A stretch of DNA of 61,584 bases, filler included, from Choristocarpus tenellus KU-1152 (lineage: Eukaryota > Protista > Phaeophyceae): the NCBI GenBank assembly GCA_964200185.2. It is 10 parts of 10 records of this genome, joined end to end, with 100 filler letters (N's around TTAATTAATTAA, not from the genome) between each part and the next. Parts side by side here need not be neighbours in the genome. Positions count along the whole stretch, not along the records: positions 1 to 15,168 come from CAXNAD020001039.1; positions 15,269 to 20,071 come from CAXNAD020012999.1; positions 20,172 to 24,481 come from CAXNAD020015176.1; positions 24,582 to 27,985 come from CAXNAD020020267.1; 6 more parts are not named here. One strand, 5' to 3'. The position numbers and the translations under genes were made by a program. Below the pieces are notes generated by a model that was not told the DNA's origin, searched no databases, and was given only the letters and a program-made list of their open reading frames with translations. Of this stretch, positions 13,555-26,130 are shown piece after piece; within the stretch, counting starts at the first letter, position 1, and each line of letters starts with the position of its first letter.

Positions 13555-14885
13555 GTTGTCTTCATTACTACTGCTGAGCATAAATATTACAACTATGATT
13601 ATGCCCATTAGCTTCAGGGGTCCCAGGCATGTGGTCAAAAAATGTTATACACATAGACAAAAGAAGGCAGTAAATGCCAGTACAAATGCTTGCTGCCGTG
13701 TTTGTTGTATTCTTCGCCCTGTGCGTTCTTCTTGCTCCCTCAATAAAAACTCACTGCCTCCAACATAAACAAACTTGTCAGTCAGCTTGATAGAGGTGAA
13801 TACCTTTCCTGGCAGAGCTCTTGGAGGACACATAAGGATGCACATCATGTCCACAATGTAGCATTGGGGCTGGAAACCACTCCGTTCCTTACGGAGTAGA
13901 CAGATGCCATGATGCAGGCCCTTGCCCCCCCATTCGTTGGAGAGAAGGGGAGGGCAGTCTCTACCGTTTCTATGTATCCTACATAGTTGAATCACTTAAC
14001 TTTTAAGCAGAATCCAGAGCCCAATGCTGGATGAATCCAGTATGTCACAAGAAGTCAATATAGTCCAAGGTAGTGAGCTGAATGTGTTCGCCAAGTAAGA
14101 AGAAAAAATGGTGGACCTTCACATTTCAACGCCCTAAGCAGGTTACCTTGATAGAATATGCACCTCCGATTCTCAAACCTGTAGAATAATGGTGAGGCTC
14201 GATGAAGGCGCCTCAAACGGTAGATGTCTGCAACCAACTGTAATGAATGGTTAACAGGTTGTAGTTATGATGACCTGAAAGTTTTTTCAAGCTTGATGTT
14301 TGACTGGTTCAGACTACTACTGCGGGGGCTTGGATGTCTGCAATGTTGTAATCGAAAATGCCTTTAGCATCATACATATTCCATACACGTCGATTATCAT
14401 CTGCCATTCATGTCATTTGAGTACCGCTATTTATTATCAAGACAGAATATACACTATATTTAGTTATGGAGACCTGAACCTTCCCATTTAGGACTGTCCG
14501 TGTGCATACTTGCTCCTCGTGCTGGTCAGAGCGCAGGTAGCGAAAAATATGCTTATCACCGTCACAACAATCCTCCCCGGGCCTCCTGATTTGGTGCCCC
14601 AAATTTGTACCATCACATGGTTGGTAGAGCCATCATAGTTTGTAGAGGGGGGGTTCGTTCAGTATCAGGGTCTCCTGTTGTAGCTTTCTGGGATGTCTAC
14701 TTCTAGCAATCTGGAGAGCAATGTCGCACTTTGTGGATGAAATTCTGTCTCCTCTTCTGGTCACAGCCCACTAATAATGAGCGATACCCGCATTTCAGAC
14801 ACGGGAAATTGGGTGACAGGCAGAATGATTATCAAGCTAAAATACTGAGAAGTGTCGAAAATAGACTCCTCTCTCTTAGATATCA

Positions 14886-15140
14886 GAGTTAAAGTATCTT
14901 AGAGGGTACGATTCTTGCCCTGTTTGTCCATTTGGGGCTTAGATTCCCACGGGTTTTTTATGATATTTTCCTAGCCCGAAATGTTTTCGAGTAGGTAAAA
15001 TGTATACGCTATGAAAAGGTGTATCCGAACAAGGATATTGACCCTAACAAACACGATATAGCCAAAATTACATCAAAATCGCAACATTAAATTTTGGCCC
15101 CCAAATGGACGCGGCTCTGCCCTCTTAGATACTTTGACTC
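14886..15140 (+). mobile_element. MITE family A copy, full length
   Basis: TIRs GAGTTAAAGTATCTTAGAGGG / CCCTCTTAGATACTTTGACTC; flanks ATCA/ATCT. Confidence 0.9.
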
Positions 15141-15168
15141 ATCTTCTCTCCCAAAACAATATTCTCCT

Positions 15169-15268
15169 NNNNNNNNNNNNNNNNNNNNNNNNNNNNNNNN
15201 NNNNNNNNNNNNTTAATTAATTAANNNNNNNNNNNNNNNNNNNNNNNNNNNNNNNNNNNNNNNNNNNN
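15169..15268. other. Artificial contig spacer N44-TTAATTAATTAA-N44 (also at 20072, 24482, 27986, 31838, 36431, 39092, 49154, 53320; 100 nt each)
   Basis: Identical 100-nt structure nine times. The 12-mer gives stop codons in all six frames. Confidence 0.98.
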
Positions 15269-15984
15269 CGTCTTATATATACAGTGTGTGTCGGCGATCC
15301 CAAAAAGGAACCTGTCCCTGACATAAGCATTCATTTGATATTGTTGTATACCTTTTTGTGGCAATATAATGAAAAAATGTAAGATTCGTTCAGAGGGGAG
15401 AGGTATTGGTGCCACTTTATATACTATTCAGAAATATATTTATGGATCGGTATATTGAAGATAATATTTGGAAGAATTATTTTTATACTCTTACAATGTG
15501 AGTTAGATATAGATATATTGAAATATATTGCAAATTACTCAAGAACTGTCAGATTTTCCATGGACGGAAAAATGGGGTCAAACTAAAATGGAAAAGTTTT
15601 CGGTGATCGCGTCAATTACCCTCTTCACATCACGACATACACTACGTTCCTGAAAGTCCATGAAAAGAGACCAGCGCCCACACTCGTCCTTACATCATCG
15701 GACTGTGTATACTACATTGCGACCAAGATGAAGAGGTACATTGCAGACTATTCCTCATGATATCTAATGTGGATATTGGCTCAGGAATGTTTTATTGGTA
15801 ATGAAGCCCGGAGTGTTCAATCAAAATAGTAGTGTATCAATCATTTATTTCGGAGAATCAAGGTAAGGGACGAAGCTACGTCTCACAGAGCCACTCTCGA
15901 AGAGATTGTCAGCCTAGCAGCTTGGACGCATATTGCTTGTATAAACGTTGGACTCGTGGTCTCGCAAGTCTTGAGTTGTGGCTG

Positions 15985-16069
15985 TTAAAACATAGGCTAC
16001 TACTCATTTGTTTTTTGTTGATATGATACACATACTACCAGCTTGTACTGACTGTTGATTGGTGCACTG
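15985..16069 (+). repeat. Dispersed repeat; reverse-complement copy at 39192-39270
   Basis: ...CTCATTTGTTTTTTGTTGATATGATACACAT..TACCAGCTTGTACTGACTGTTGATTGGTGCACTG is the reverse complement of the start of the contig at 39192. It ends in CACTG|TA. Confidence 0.8.
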
Positions 16070-16309
16070 TACTGGTTGTTAGTGTTCATTTTTTTTTTGC
16101 GCATTCCAACTCATCATCACGTCGATGACAGTAGATAGAAGTATAGCATCAGTTGATATTCAGTTGATCCACATCACACACAGGAACATCATAGCACACT
16201 TCATCCAAGTTACTTCGGAACTTGCATCAAGTGCGTCGCACTGTTACCTTGTGTCTCTCTTTCTATTTTGTTTTTTGTCCCCATCTCTGTCCTTTTTTCT
16301 TTATGCGTA

Positions 16310-17200
16310 AAGACCCCAGATGAACAGTAATTGTTGGTTATTATTTTTATTGATTGTCATTGTCCCCTCAGTTAGCACAACGCCACTCTGCAAACTGTGT
16401 ACAAAACACATATATGGATGTAATATAATCAGAGTTAGAACCATCCGGGGAAACCTTTGTCAGCCAAGGTAACAAGCCTCTCCACAGAGCATGGACTTCT
16501 TTTGTTGAGTATCACATGAAAGAGCACTAAATTCACATCGCATAATTCCTGACTGAGAGATCAATGACCTCAGCTACAACAGATGATTCCTCATCGCTAG
16601 TAGTCTACGCATTTTACATACATGTACGATGCATTCGATTCAGGTTTCAACAGTGGCAGCATTGCGCATGGATTACTCTTGTAGTTCCACTCTTATCATC
16701 CGCGAAGAAGGGGCTTCAGACACGTCGCCACTCTCATTCTTAATGCCCTTTCTACGTTATATTGCGTTCCCCACAGGAACAACACCCACATAGATGTAGA
16801 GTAGGTGCCGTACTACATGTCTCGTGGCTAACAACTCTACTGTATAGATTGGTGATGACGAAATCAGGTTTCCCGATGACACCATTTGTTTCCCTTCTAT
16901 TTTGACATCCAGGCAGCTTTGAGGTCAGAGTGGAAGGAGATTCCTGCTCAAGTGCAGTTCACCTTAATATCATTTGTTCAGCCTACTCCTACGGTGACAA
17001 CTAGTAGAGATAGCTCGGTTACAAAAGGGAGATTCCTACATCTGCTAGGTTGACCAGAAAGCTCCATCCACTTGTCAACGACAGATGACAGTCCCAGTTT
17101 AAGAGTTGAGCAAATTAGTGAACCCACTATATATGTATTAAAGCATTCTGTTGTGTTCAGACTGCCAGTTGATTTCACATTGCCGATATCAACTTTAACA
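16310..17200 (-). mobile_element. Degenerate transposon relic (possibly Mutator-like); 16310-16580 has a diverged copy at ~39617-39880
   Basis: Diverged paralogous stretch in two contigs with many stops. The minus-strand fragments NTTECFNTYI and VNCT* weakly resemble MULE transposase/SWIM motifs. Confidence 0.35.
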
Positions 17201-17546
17201 GAGACATCTCTCTGATCTCATCACCTACCATGTGGTTCTTCGAAAACTGAAAGTGATTTCACCCTTTTGACGAGGTTAACGTGAGCGTCTATGCATCACC
17301 ACTACTTCGACTTACTGAGATAGGCCCCTGCGCAAGTATGTTAAAGCGATTTCATATCTCAAGGAGTATCGCATTGCTTGTTTGGGATTGTGTGTCCCAA
17401 ATGTTGTATCTGTGCATCGCTACTTTTCTCTATTTTTATAGACCAGAAACTATACTCTTGAACTCTGCAAAAATAATCATTGCATGTTCAAACTGACAAC
17501 CCCTTCTTCTCTTCTCTCTGTGGTTGGGCACAGGGATAACTCAACT

Positions 17547-19580
17547 ATGATTATATTACGTGCATTTGTACTCGTTCAAGTCTTGTGTCTGACAATCAGG
17601 GTCCATGCAACTATTATGTCAGTGAGGGAACCTCTGGCGGTTCCATTTTACCTCTATGATGGCGATATCTATCCTTCTCTTCAGCCCTTGAGTGTCCTCT
17701 TATCTGACACAGAGCAAAGAGAGGAGTGCACAAAGGGATCTGAGGGGCTAAGAACTGCCTATTGGGTACGATCTCTTGATTTGTTTCATTTCATGCAGTT
17801 ACCTTGAGTTTGCAATACCGTATTCTTTTGAATCCGTGGTTGACACAAGGTCTATATAGTTTTCTTAAATTAGTGATGGAGGAGACGAAACAGTAATTAT
17901 GTAGCATCTGTTCAGAATTTAGCTCTTCTTCGCACAAAAGAGGATATAGTGGAGTGGTAGACAACAAGAAAAATATAGGTAGAAAATAAATGTTAACATT
18001 GTGGATAGGATAAGATTGGAGTAAGAGTTTTGGAGGGACATTGTTATCCTGAGTATCAATAGAAGAAGAGAACTAGCCTGAAGGCATTTTGATTCCTGCC
18101 CACCCACCCCAATTGGGTATCTCATGAAAGAGGGGTTATCTTTTTTTTGGTTTTAAGTTGTGGAATGGGAGTTAGGGTAGGTTAGGGATCTCAAGGGTGG
18201 CTATGACCTTTAGTCTTGCAGGGGGGTTGGGCTGTTTTGCTGTGTTGTGACCTTCTTTTGGAGGATTTGGAGTAAAAAAAAAATCCAACATCGCGAGCAA
18301 GGAACACAGAAAAGCAAATGCGTTCCATAGTATAGTGGGTGTACACACATATTAAGCAGGATGTCTTGTCCCTAGCCCATACCTCATCTGTCTTGCCATC
18401 ATATATACCCATGGATATAATTTGCATGGAAAATGTGCCATTAAGGTGTAGTCGAACTGTGCTTACATGCGTTACAGGACCATTCCCTTGATATGCACAA
18501 TCTATACTGCTTTGTGTATGTAATGAACAACCCCATGTAACCGTCATCTAACGCCATTGTCTTGTTACACCATGATTCCACGAAGTGAATCATCAGTGAT
18601 ATATTGTGGTATCTCCATCTGAACTCTCTACACAACAATGATCATCTCTTCAGGTCACCAATGTGCAGTGGTTGAACGCTCTCAGCAACCATACCTGGAG
18701 AACAATGGATCCTGAGGAGGCAGAACTTTTCGTAATCGTGTACAATGTAGACGAGTCTCTTTCTGCCGGAATATGCAGAGGGGAAACTCATCTCGAACGA
18801 ACAAAAAAAGCGGTACAGACGGTGGAAAATAGTCCATGGTATCAGCGAAACCATGGTCGAGACCATTTTTGGCCGGTGAGATGAACACTGACTTGCTGTA
18901 TATTCTCTCCATTGACTCATCATCCACCTGAGTGTTTGGACCTCATGGACGATAAATTGCATATTGTCTTGAGGTATATGCTCAGCCGGGTTGAGTAGAA
19001 GTTTGCTTATCCTTTGGGGTTTGAGTGATGTGGGTGGTTTGTTTCCCAAATGTTTCCATGCAAGGTCTCCGCCCATGCTTGATGTGTGTGGCTGTTTGGA
19101 ATGTTGCTTTGTTCTCTGACTCTGCCGAGATACTTCCCTCCTCTGGGGAGATCCTACAATTCTTGTGTGCAAATGATCCAGATGTCCGACTGGAAGCTTC
19201 AAGGCAATGATCACAATTCCTATCCCAAATTTCTGAGGGATGTCATAAGCAATATGACAGTGGGTCGATATTTCGATATGCACCAGAATGTTAAGGACGT
19301 TTCATACTGGGTGAAGGATGATCATTTGGATGGACGGTGGTGGAGGCTAAAGAGTAAATGGCGGTGTAGCCTTCTAACACCAGTAAGAACAGGAGATAAT
19401 CTTTATAAGGATAACCTATCTTACGAAGAGTGGAATGGAAGAGGAACACTGGTCTTCTTTCGAGGCAAATGGAAAACATGTGCAGATAAAATATCTGCAT
19501 CTTCTAGGGAAAAGGTTTATGACCTAAATGATGTCCTCCCAAATGTGAGCATCTCTACTGGTCATGCAAAAGATTACAAG
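17547..19580 (+). CDS. Exostosin-like glycosyltransferase (GT47), 5' part; 3' end beyond the contig
   Basis: Exons 17547-17765, 18654-18875, 19182-19580, all phase 0. Hydrophobic N-terminus, PFYLYD, RTMDPEEAELFVI, SPWYQRNHGRDHFW and TLVFFRG are GT47 hallmarks. Confidence 0.85.
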
Positions 19581-19968
19581 GTGAGAGGACTGATAGGGTG
19601 GAGGTGAATGATCTGAAACAGTATTTATCTGTAGCAAATGTTTTGCTTGTGTTGTAATTTTGCAGATACTTGGGGAGAGGCAAGAGTCAAAAGTAATGGA
19701 ATGGGTAAGCAAGTCTGGTACTGCTCGACTGCATCGTCTGCAATATGAAGTTATTGTGTTACACTAGCTATTGCTGTCTTTCCTATGCCAAGAGTCGGAT
19801 GGTGCCACTGCCCTTACAGATTAGGACTGCTCAGGCGAAAGGAAATCAACTGTGGTAGTGAGGAGTCTGTAAGAGCATGTATAAAACTATTTCTTATGCA
19901 ATATCTTATCGATATGTGTTCGTCATTGAGAACAAAGCGTTTGCGTTAGAAATGCCTTGCCGTGTCAT

Positions 19969-20071
19969 GAGTCTCAAATTAACTGGGGGGGGGGGTGGCA
20001 GCTGTCCATTTGGGGTCCATTTTTCTGTGTTGCATTTTTTGGGTGATTTGGTTGCATGCATCGGGTGGATA
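19969..20071 (+). mobile_element. MITE-like family B, left part (cut by contig end)
   Basis: poly-G, GGCAGCTGTCCATTTGGGGTC...GGTGATTTGGTTGCAT. Confidence 0.75.
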
Positions 20072-21214
20072 NNNNNNNNNNNNNNNNNNNNNNNNNNNNN
20101 NNNNNNNNNNNNNNNTTAATTAATTAANNNNNNNNNNNNNNNNNNNNNNNNNNNNNNNNNNNNNNNNNNNNTGCCGAGGCAGTTTGAGACCAAAAAAATA
20201 CGGGTGAGTGATCGTGGGGGGGGGGGGCATGTACCTAGGGATGGGCAGGGGAATGGGATAACATATCAGATATTATGTAACCCTTCCAAAAATTGCTTTT
20301 AAATGTCAAGATTTCTGAAATGACCTTCACATGTAGGGAGTGGTGCACATATCCTGTTTGTATGTTGTTTGAAGGCGTTGTCAATCACGTGCATGCCCCC
20401 ATTTCTGTTCCGAAAATGTTTGTACCATTTGTTTCGTTACTCGAGACCCTCTTGGATAGAGATACATATTTTGATGTCATGATTTTGAAAATACATGAAG
20501 GGGTGCACAAGTAATTGAAAATATAAAGAAAAGATTCTCACTCTCCTGCAGATAGATGCCTATTATTCAACCTTGCCCCCCCCTCCCCCCCCCCCCCTCC
20601 CCTTCCTCCTCTTGCTTTTTTTTTTTTTTTTTCTTTTCTTTTTTTTTTTTTTGGNNNNNNNNNNCCCCCCTCCCCCCTCCCCTCTAGGATTCTTTGAATT
20701 GATTTTTTTTTGCTTGTTCCTCCACCGTTTTTTGTTCAGGCAAAGAGGGAATCTGCTTAAGATATTTTACTCTTTTTGTGTAGTTTGGAAAAGTGTTGAT
20801 GGTTAATTGACAGGTAAGCATGTGGTATGGAATGGATACCCTCAAAGGTGTGGGGGGGGTATAATAATAATGGATGCAACTACTACTGGGTAGGGATTGG
20901 TTTGGGGTAAATGGGTGACGAGTGGAATGGGACCTTAAAAGAATGGATGCACATTACTCTCCCCTGTTAAGATTTCAACTGAGCAGATTTATTTTTTTTA
21001 ATCCCCTTATAAAGGCAGAAAAAAGAAAAAATTATTTCGAAGGGAGTAGACAGGGTTGAGAAACACACGATAGCATTTCAGTAACAATAATAATGATAAT
21101 ACTAGTAATTTAAACTTTTTATCATTGGAAGGCGTGTTCATGGCAGGAAGTGGAATTGTGATGGAACAAAGCTACCTACTCTCGAAAGCAGATTGTAAAA
21201 CCCACTTGCTGCTG

Positions 21215-21547
21215 GCTCAAAGTATCCGGAGGGAGGGGGAGGGAGGGGGGGGGGGGGGGGGGGGGTGGACGATGCTGGACTGAGAATCACGAAGAGCCGC
21301 CTCTGACCCCACCGAACAGCTGACAAATAACCTAATGNNNNNNNNNNGGGGGGGGGGGGGGGGGGGTTGGGGGGGGGGTTGGGGGGCTGTCCATTTGGGG
21401 TCAATTTTTTCATGCCGCAATTTTTGTGTGATTTGGTTGCATACGTCGGATGGATAACATAAGTGCACTTTTCCTGGTTTTGTTCCAAATGGACACACTC
21501 CCTGGTGTAGAACCCCCCACCCCCACCCCCCCAGATAATTTTGGGTC
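21215..21547 (+). mobile_element. MITE-like family B copy (contains a small N gap)
   Basis: GGCTCAAAGTATCCGG.. poly-G ..CTGTCCATTTGGGGTCAA...CCAAATGGAC...CCCAGATAATTTTGGGTC. Confidence 0.75.
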
Positions 21548-21579
21548 TGCCATTGTACCAAGTACCTCTCACCCCTCAC

Positions 21580-21724
21580 CCCACCCCCTGCTGGCAGTCT
21601 CGACACCAATCTAACCATGCCTTCCAAAACGTATCCTTTGTACGATGGTCAGGTCTTTGTCCGAGACAAAGAGAAGGTAGATATAGCCAGGGTCGCTCTA
21701 GACAGGTTCTGTGAACAGGCCAAC
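21580..21724 (-). CDS. Possible isolated exon of an unknown gene
   Basis: CAG acceptor / GTGAGG donor flank an open frame (WPVHRTCLERPWLYL...KDTFWKAWLDWCRDCQQGVG). No family recognised. Confidence 0.25.
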
Positions 21725-22206
21725 TGCAGCAGTCCGTGCCCACTCCTCTCCCAGGAGAGCTGAAGGATTGTAGGCGTGATTTGTGATAGGGTTTGGGGTC
21801 ACGGCATATGATTCGATTGCGTACGTATACGTATGTGGTTCGAACATTAAAGGTCAAGAAAAGAAGAAAAAGTAACCCCTGAGTCAAGTTTTGAGAGTTT
21901 GACCTTGCCGCATTCACAGTCCGGCTTCTCTTTCTTAGAAAAGCTTTTTTTGCTTGGCAGTTAAGAAAGAAAAAAAAAAAAGACTGTCGAAACTGTCATC
22001 GCAATAGTTTTAAAAAAAATGATCAAAATTATACACGCTATATTTTCGAGTGCGCGTTGTTGGTCAAAAAAAAAAACTCTACACGGCGAAAAGGGGTCTC
22101 GTGTAGATTGAGCGACACGCTGTTGTGTTGAGGTGATCGGTGTGGTTGCAGGGGAGGGGGAGAGCATTGCGTCTGCCGTTTCTATTCATACGTACATGCA
22201 TCTCCG

Positions 22207-22255
22207 TATCCATATCCATATCCATATCCATATCCATATCCATATCCATATCCAT
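22207..22255. repeat. (ATATCC)n microsatellite
   Basis: About 8 hexamer units seen directly. Confidence 0.95.
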
Positions 22256-23855
22256 CTCCCCCGGTTTGAGGCCGAAGGGGACAGAAAGAAAGTGACTATT
22301 TTTTTTGTATCGAGATGCAGTGTGGCGATCTTTTTATTTTTTTATTGTGTGGAAGTAACCATACATTTTTTAGTACCATCAAATTCAATTACGTGTGGCT
22401 TCTTTTAAGGCGCGCTTGCTGTGATTCGTTGGACCTACGCCAATACTACGCTCCAAACCCAATCTTTGCAAACATTCTCTTGGGTTTGGCATGTTTAGAA
22501 CCTCTCCAGCAAGGGGTGGAGAACGGCCACAGAAGCAGCTGCAGTAGTAGCAGGAAAGGTTACCTCTCGTAGCATAGTGGGGGTAATGCGTTTTTTTGTT
22601 CTTTTGAGTGTTTTATGTACTTTAGTTCCATTTCGTGGCATGAAGTGAATGCGTTGTGCCATTATGTGTGTGTATTGTGTCTGTGGTAGAGAGAGAGAGA
22701 GAGAGATAGAAGGCGAACAGAGAAACCAGACGAATGTGTGTAGAGCTCGATTCTAAGTAAGTTTTTGCAAAGCAAACATCGGATCATCACCAGATAATAT
22801 CTAGGGTTTTTTGTTGGGTGTGGGGTGGTGGCCTCTGTCTCGAATCCAAGAACCAAAGGGAGCAGAGGAAGTAGTAAGAATGTACCTATTGTTAATGTTA
22901 CGGTTCAGTGGTCCAATAGTGGTGCTAGGAAAGCATGTTGAAGATAATGGATCGATTGTTTCCATTACCTCGCACATCCGTCTCATCCAGGCATAGTACG
23001 TAACTGTTTTAATTCGAATACGGTGTGTGGGGAGGGGTACACAATTAATCGCCTTAATACGAAATGTCAAAACAGAAGCAAAACGTGCAAATGTAACACG
23101 CTATGTACGTTGAATGTACCTAGTATTATGATACGTCATTCCAGTTTCAAGCATGTTCCTCAGTAACAATAATAATAGTGGTGATCAGGGAGAGGTGGTA
23201 GAACTACAATTTGACGAGCCAGAAGCATATGCTACGTTCGTGTTATTTTTACTCCACTAAACTTCATGATCAGGTGAGAATTACCGACAAACAGAGAGCA
23301 AGATACCAGTGCTGGTGTTCATTCACAGTGTGGCAGCGATGGGGGCATATAGTGTGTTAGATCGCAGGTAGCAGGGTCTCTTGGGGGCATACAGGTGGGT
23401 AGCCAGGATCTCGCGATTACACCATCTGGAAGAATATGTTGTCGGTTTGCCACAAAACGGAGATTGCGGAACATAGAGGGGTCCTGCTTTCGAGACATGA
23501 GGTGTCAATTGACTGCTTACTCTAGATAGCTGCACATGCTAGTGAGTTGTTTGTGATAGTGGCAAAACCAAGGCGAGTAAACTGATGGAGTAAATGTTAC
23601 ATTACGAGATCGTACTCCAAATACTATTTACCACTTGCTACCACGAAGTATGAAATAGAGGTGGATTACGCCCTTCCCTTACCACAATCAGTATTAGTAT
23701 TATTTTAGGAAATCGAAATGTACCTTCTCCCCCTTCAACGAGTATCATCGCCACATACGTAGAGCTCTAAAAAGACCAATCCATATACCTACATTAGAAA
23801 ATAGTAGTATCAGCATTTTGACTTCGACAACCTACCAAAAATCATCTTCATTCAA

Positions 23856-23980
23856 CAGCCGATCACCAAAATTGAAGATGGGGCATACTATGGAGGATGA
23901 GTTTGACCCAAAATGCTGCACGAAAAATGCATGGGGTTTTTTTGTAAATGTTGTGGCACTTTTGAAGGGCCCCAATACGA
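23856..23980 (+). repeat. Dispersed repeat family C (other copies at 36300-36430 and 39019-39091)
   Basis: Shared start ACAGC(C/G)GATCA..AAAATTGA.GATGG...GAGGATG; AATGTTGTGGCACTTTT.AAGG.CCC is shared by the 23856 and 36300 copies. Two copies end at contig breaks. Confidence 0.7.
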
Positions 23981-24581
23981 ATAGGAATCCAACCCGAAGG
24001 TGGTAGTAGGACAGTGTGTGGGGGGCGGCAAAGGTTTCGTTTGATCGTCGTGTACATGTATGCCCTGCGTTGGCTTCCTTGTTTGAATAATTAGTGTGGT
24101 TGGTGGAGTCGTTTGACAGTCGACGGTGGAGGTGGTAGGAAATAATAGTACTTCAAAGCTTGAGAGAAGTGAATCCGGCAAACTCCTCGCGACTCAGATG
24201 GCTCAGTGTGACCGTGTTGCAGTCGACCTGTGGTGACAAGGTCTCACACACTTCCTTCAGTACCTCGAAGGACTCTGGTTGAAGGGACTTTATGCCTTGC
24301 TGCCAGTTTCGTAGAGTTGTTTTCAGCGGGGGAGTAACTCCCACCTTTGCGATGGGCAGAAAATGAAAAATATTAGGCCCCCAGCCAGCCAGGATGAGGC
24401 ATCGTTATTACCACGCCAACGGGTTATGTATGAGTGGGGGGGGGGGGGTCTTCCGCGGGCCGGCCCAACGATAAAAAAAAANNNNNNNNNNNNNNNNNNN
24501 NNNNNNNNNNNNNNNNNNNNNNNNNTTAATTAATTAANNNNNNNNNNNNNNNNNNNNNNNNNNNNNNNNNNNNNNNNNNNN

Positions 24582-24662
24582 AACCAAATCACCTAAAAAT
24601 TGCGACATGAAAAATTTGACCCCAAATGGACAGCCGTCACCCCCTCCCAGATGCTTTGAGCC
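24582..24662 (-). mobile_element. MITE-like family B, partial (contig start)
   Basis: AACCAAATCACC...TGACCCCAAATGGACAGCCG...CCCAGATGCTTTGAGCC. Confidence 0.75.
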
Positions 24663-25122
24663 ACAGAGGTTTATGCGAAAAGGATGTATCGTTCACTAGA
24701 AGGATATCTCCTCATATTGAAAACTGCCTAAATGAAGAATGGAATGATGTGCATAGGCGATCAGCGCCAACTACATCCGCTCCAGAAATTGTTGTTGTTC
24801 AATCGGTTTATTACCCTTTCGCGCCTGAAGTATAATCAGCAGTACTACTGTTCAAACCTAGCAATCTAATAGGCAAGACTAACGACTATAATAGGAACTG
24901 TATTTTTGTCTGGAGAAGAAAATTGCTTTGTAGTAAATATCGCAAGCATCAGGAATGTGTTCACTTCCAAGCGATCAGACTTTACTCCAAACAATAAACT
25001 GAGATGAAGCCACACCAAAAACATTATGTCTGTGGCAGCACTCACTATCCACTACTATTGACACTATATCAAAAACTATTCCAAAATGAGACTAGGATCT
25101 CGACCAAAACAAAAAGAAGCCG

Positions 25123-25268
25123 CATTGTTGGCAAACAATAATACACCTTGCAATCAACAAGTAGCTAGATCTGATATCCTTCACCATAGCTGCGCCTCAT
25201 TGTTGGCAAACAATAATACACCTTGCAATCAACAAGTAGCTAAATCTGATATCCTTCACCATAGCTGC
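25123..25268. repeat. Tandem duplication, 75-nt period, downstream of the expansin gene
   Basis: CATTGTTGGCAAACAATAATACACCTTGC...TTCACCATAGCTGC occurs twice, nearly identical. Confidence 0.95.
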
Positions 25269-25533
25269 AGACATTTACTAGATGGACACAAAGCTCACAC
25301 AGTACTTTCGAGGTTCTGCCTTGGTCTGTACACACCTACGGAGAGCAGGACAAGACAGCGGGACAGGAGAGCGGGCAATCAGAACAGTTCTCACAGTACT
25401 CACCTCTTGAAGATTGAATTGAATGAGTCCAACTTATGCTATGCAATACTTCATGCCTTAACCTCTACAATTTTCACAGGGCGAAGCTTTGGCAAAGATC
25501 ACGACGACGTATAACTCACCCTCTGGGAAATTA

Positions 25534-26130
25534 TCACGGCAAGGAAACCTTGGACTTGTACTTCTTGCCATCGCGAGTCTTGACCTTGATTTTGAACTCG
25601 TGAGGGAACCCAGCACCATTGTGAACTTCGAAGAAGTTGTCTTGTGTCCGAGTTCCCTTGATGCCATCGATTATCACCTTTTTGGCGGGCGTTGACATCC
25701 CTCGAGGCTGCACCTTGACGTAATAACTGTTCGACCCCTCGAATAGGAACGTTGGCTTGCCGCCCTTGCACTTCACAAATTCCCACTCGATTTCCCACCG
25801 CCCATCCCCACCCATCCCGAAGTCCAAATCGCCGTGTTTACATTCAGGGCACTTGTCCATTATGTACCCCTCAAATATGCCGGTGATAGGTAAGTTTCCG
25901 CTCCCCTTGCCGGTTCCTTTGCCCCTAACACATGCTCCACACCTCTGCGAATTACCGTACTGGGGACCATTGAGCGCGATTGGGATCTTGCCATCGTACA
26001 TCCCAGGGATGGGATGACGGATTGCGCAGTTTCCAGCACTTGTCTCTCCGTAGTACGTCCCTTCTCCTTTGAAAGTCGTGGCAGTGACAACTGCGGTTGC
26101 GTAGACGAGGAGAGCGATGGGGGTCTTCAT
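25534..26130 (-). CDS. Secreted expansin-like protein (EXLX type: DPBB + CBM63), intronless, 198 aa
   Basis: ATG at 26130, signal peptide MKTPIALLVYATAVVTA, GEGTYYG, GNC, IALNGPQY, CGACV, IMDKCPEC, GDLDF, IEWEFVKC, EGSNSYYVKVQ and DNFF all match microbial expansins. Confidence 0.92.
   Translation of the reverse strand: MKTPIALLVYATAVVTATTFKGEGTYYGETSAGNCAIRHPIPGMYDGKIPIALNGPQYGNSQRCGACVRGKGTGKGSGNLPITGIFEGYIMDKCPECKHGDLDFGMGGDGRWEIEWEFVKCKGGKPTFLFEGSNSYYVKVQPRGMSTPAKKVIIDGIKGTRTQDNFFEVHNGAGFPHEFKIKVKTRDGKKYKSKVSLP

Noticed and set aside
13640-14800. Possible minus-strand coding or retroelement relic downstream of MATE
   Set aside because: No convincing motif or phase-consistent exon chain could be built by eye.
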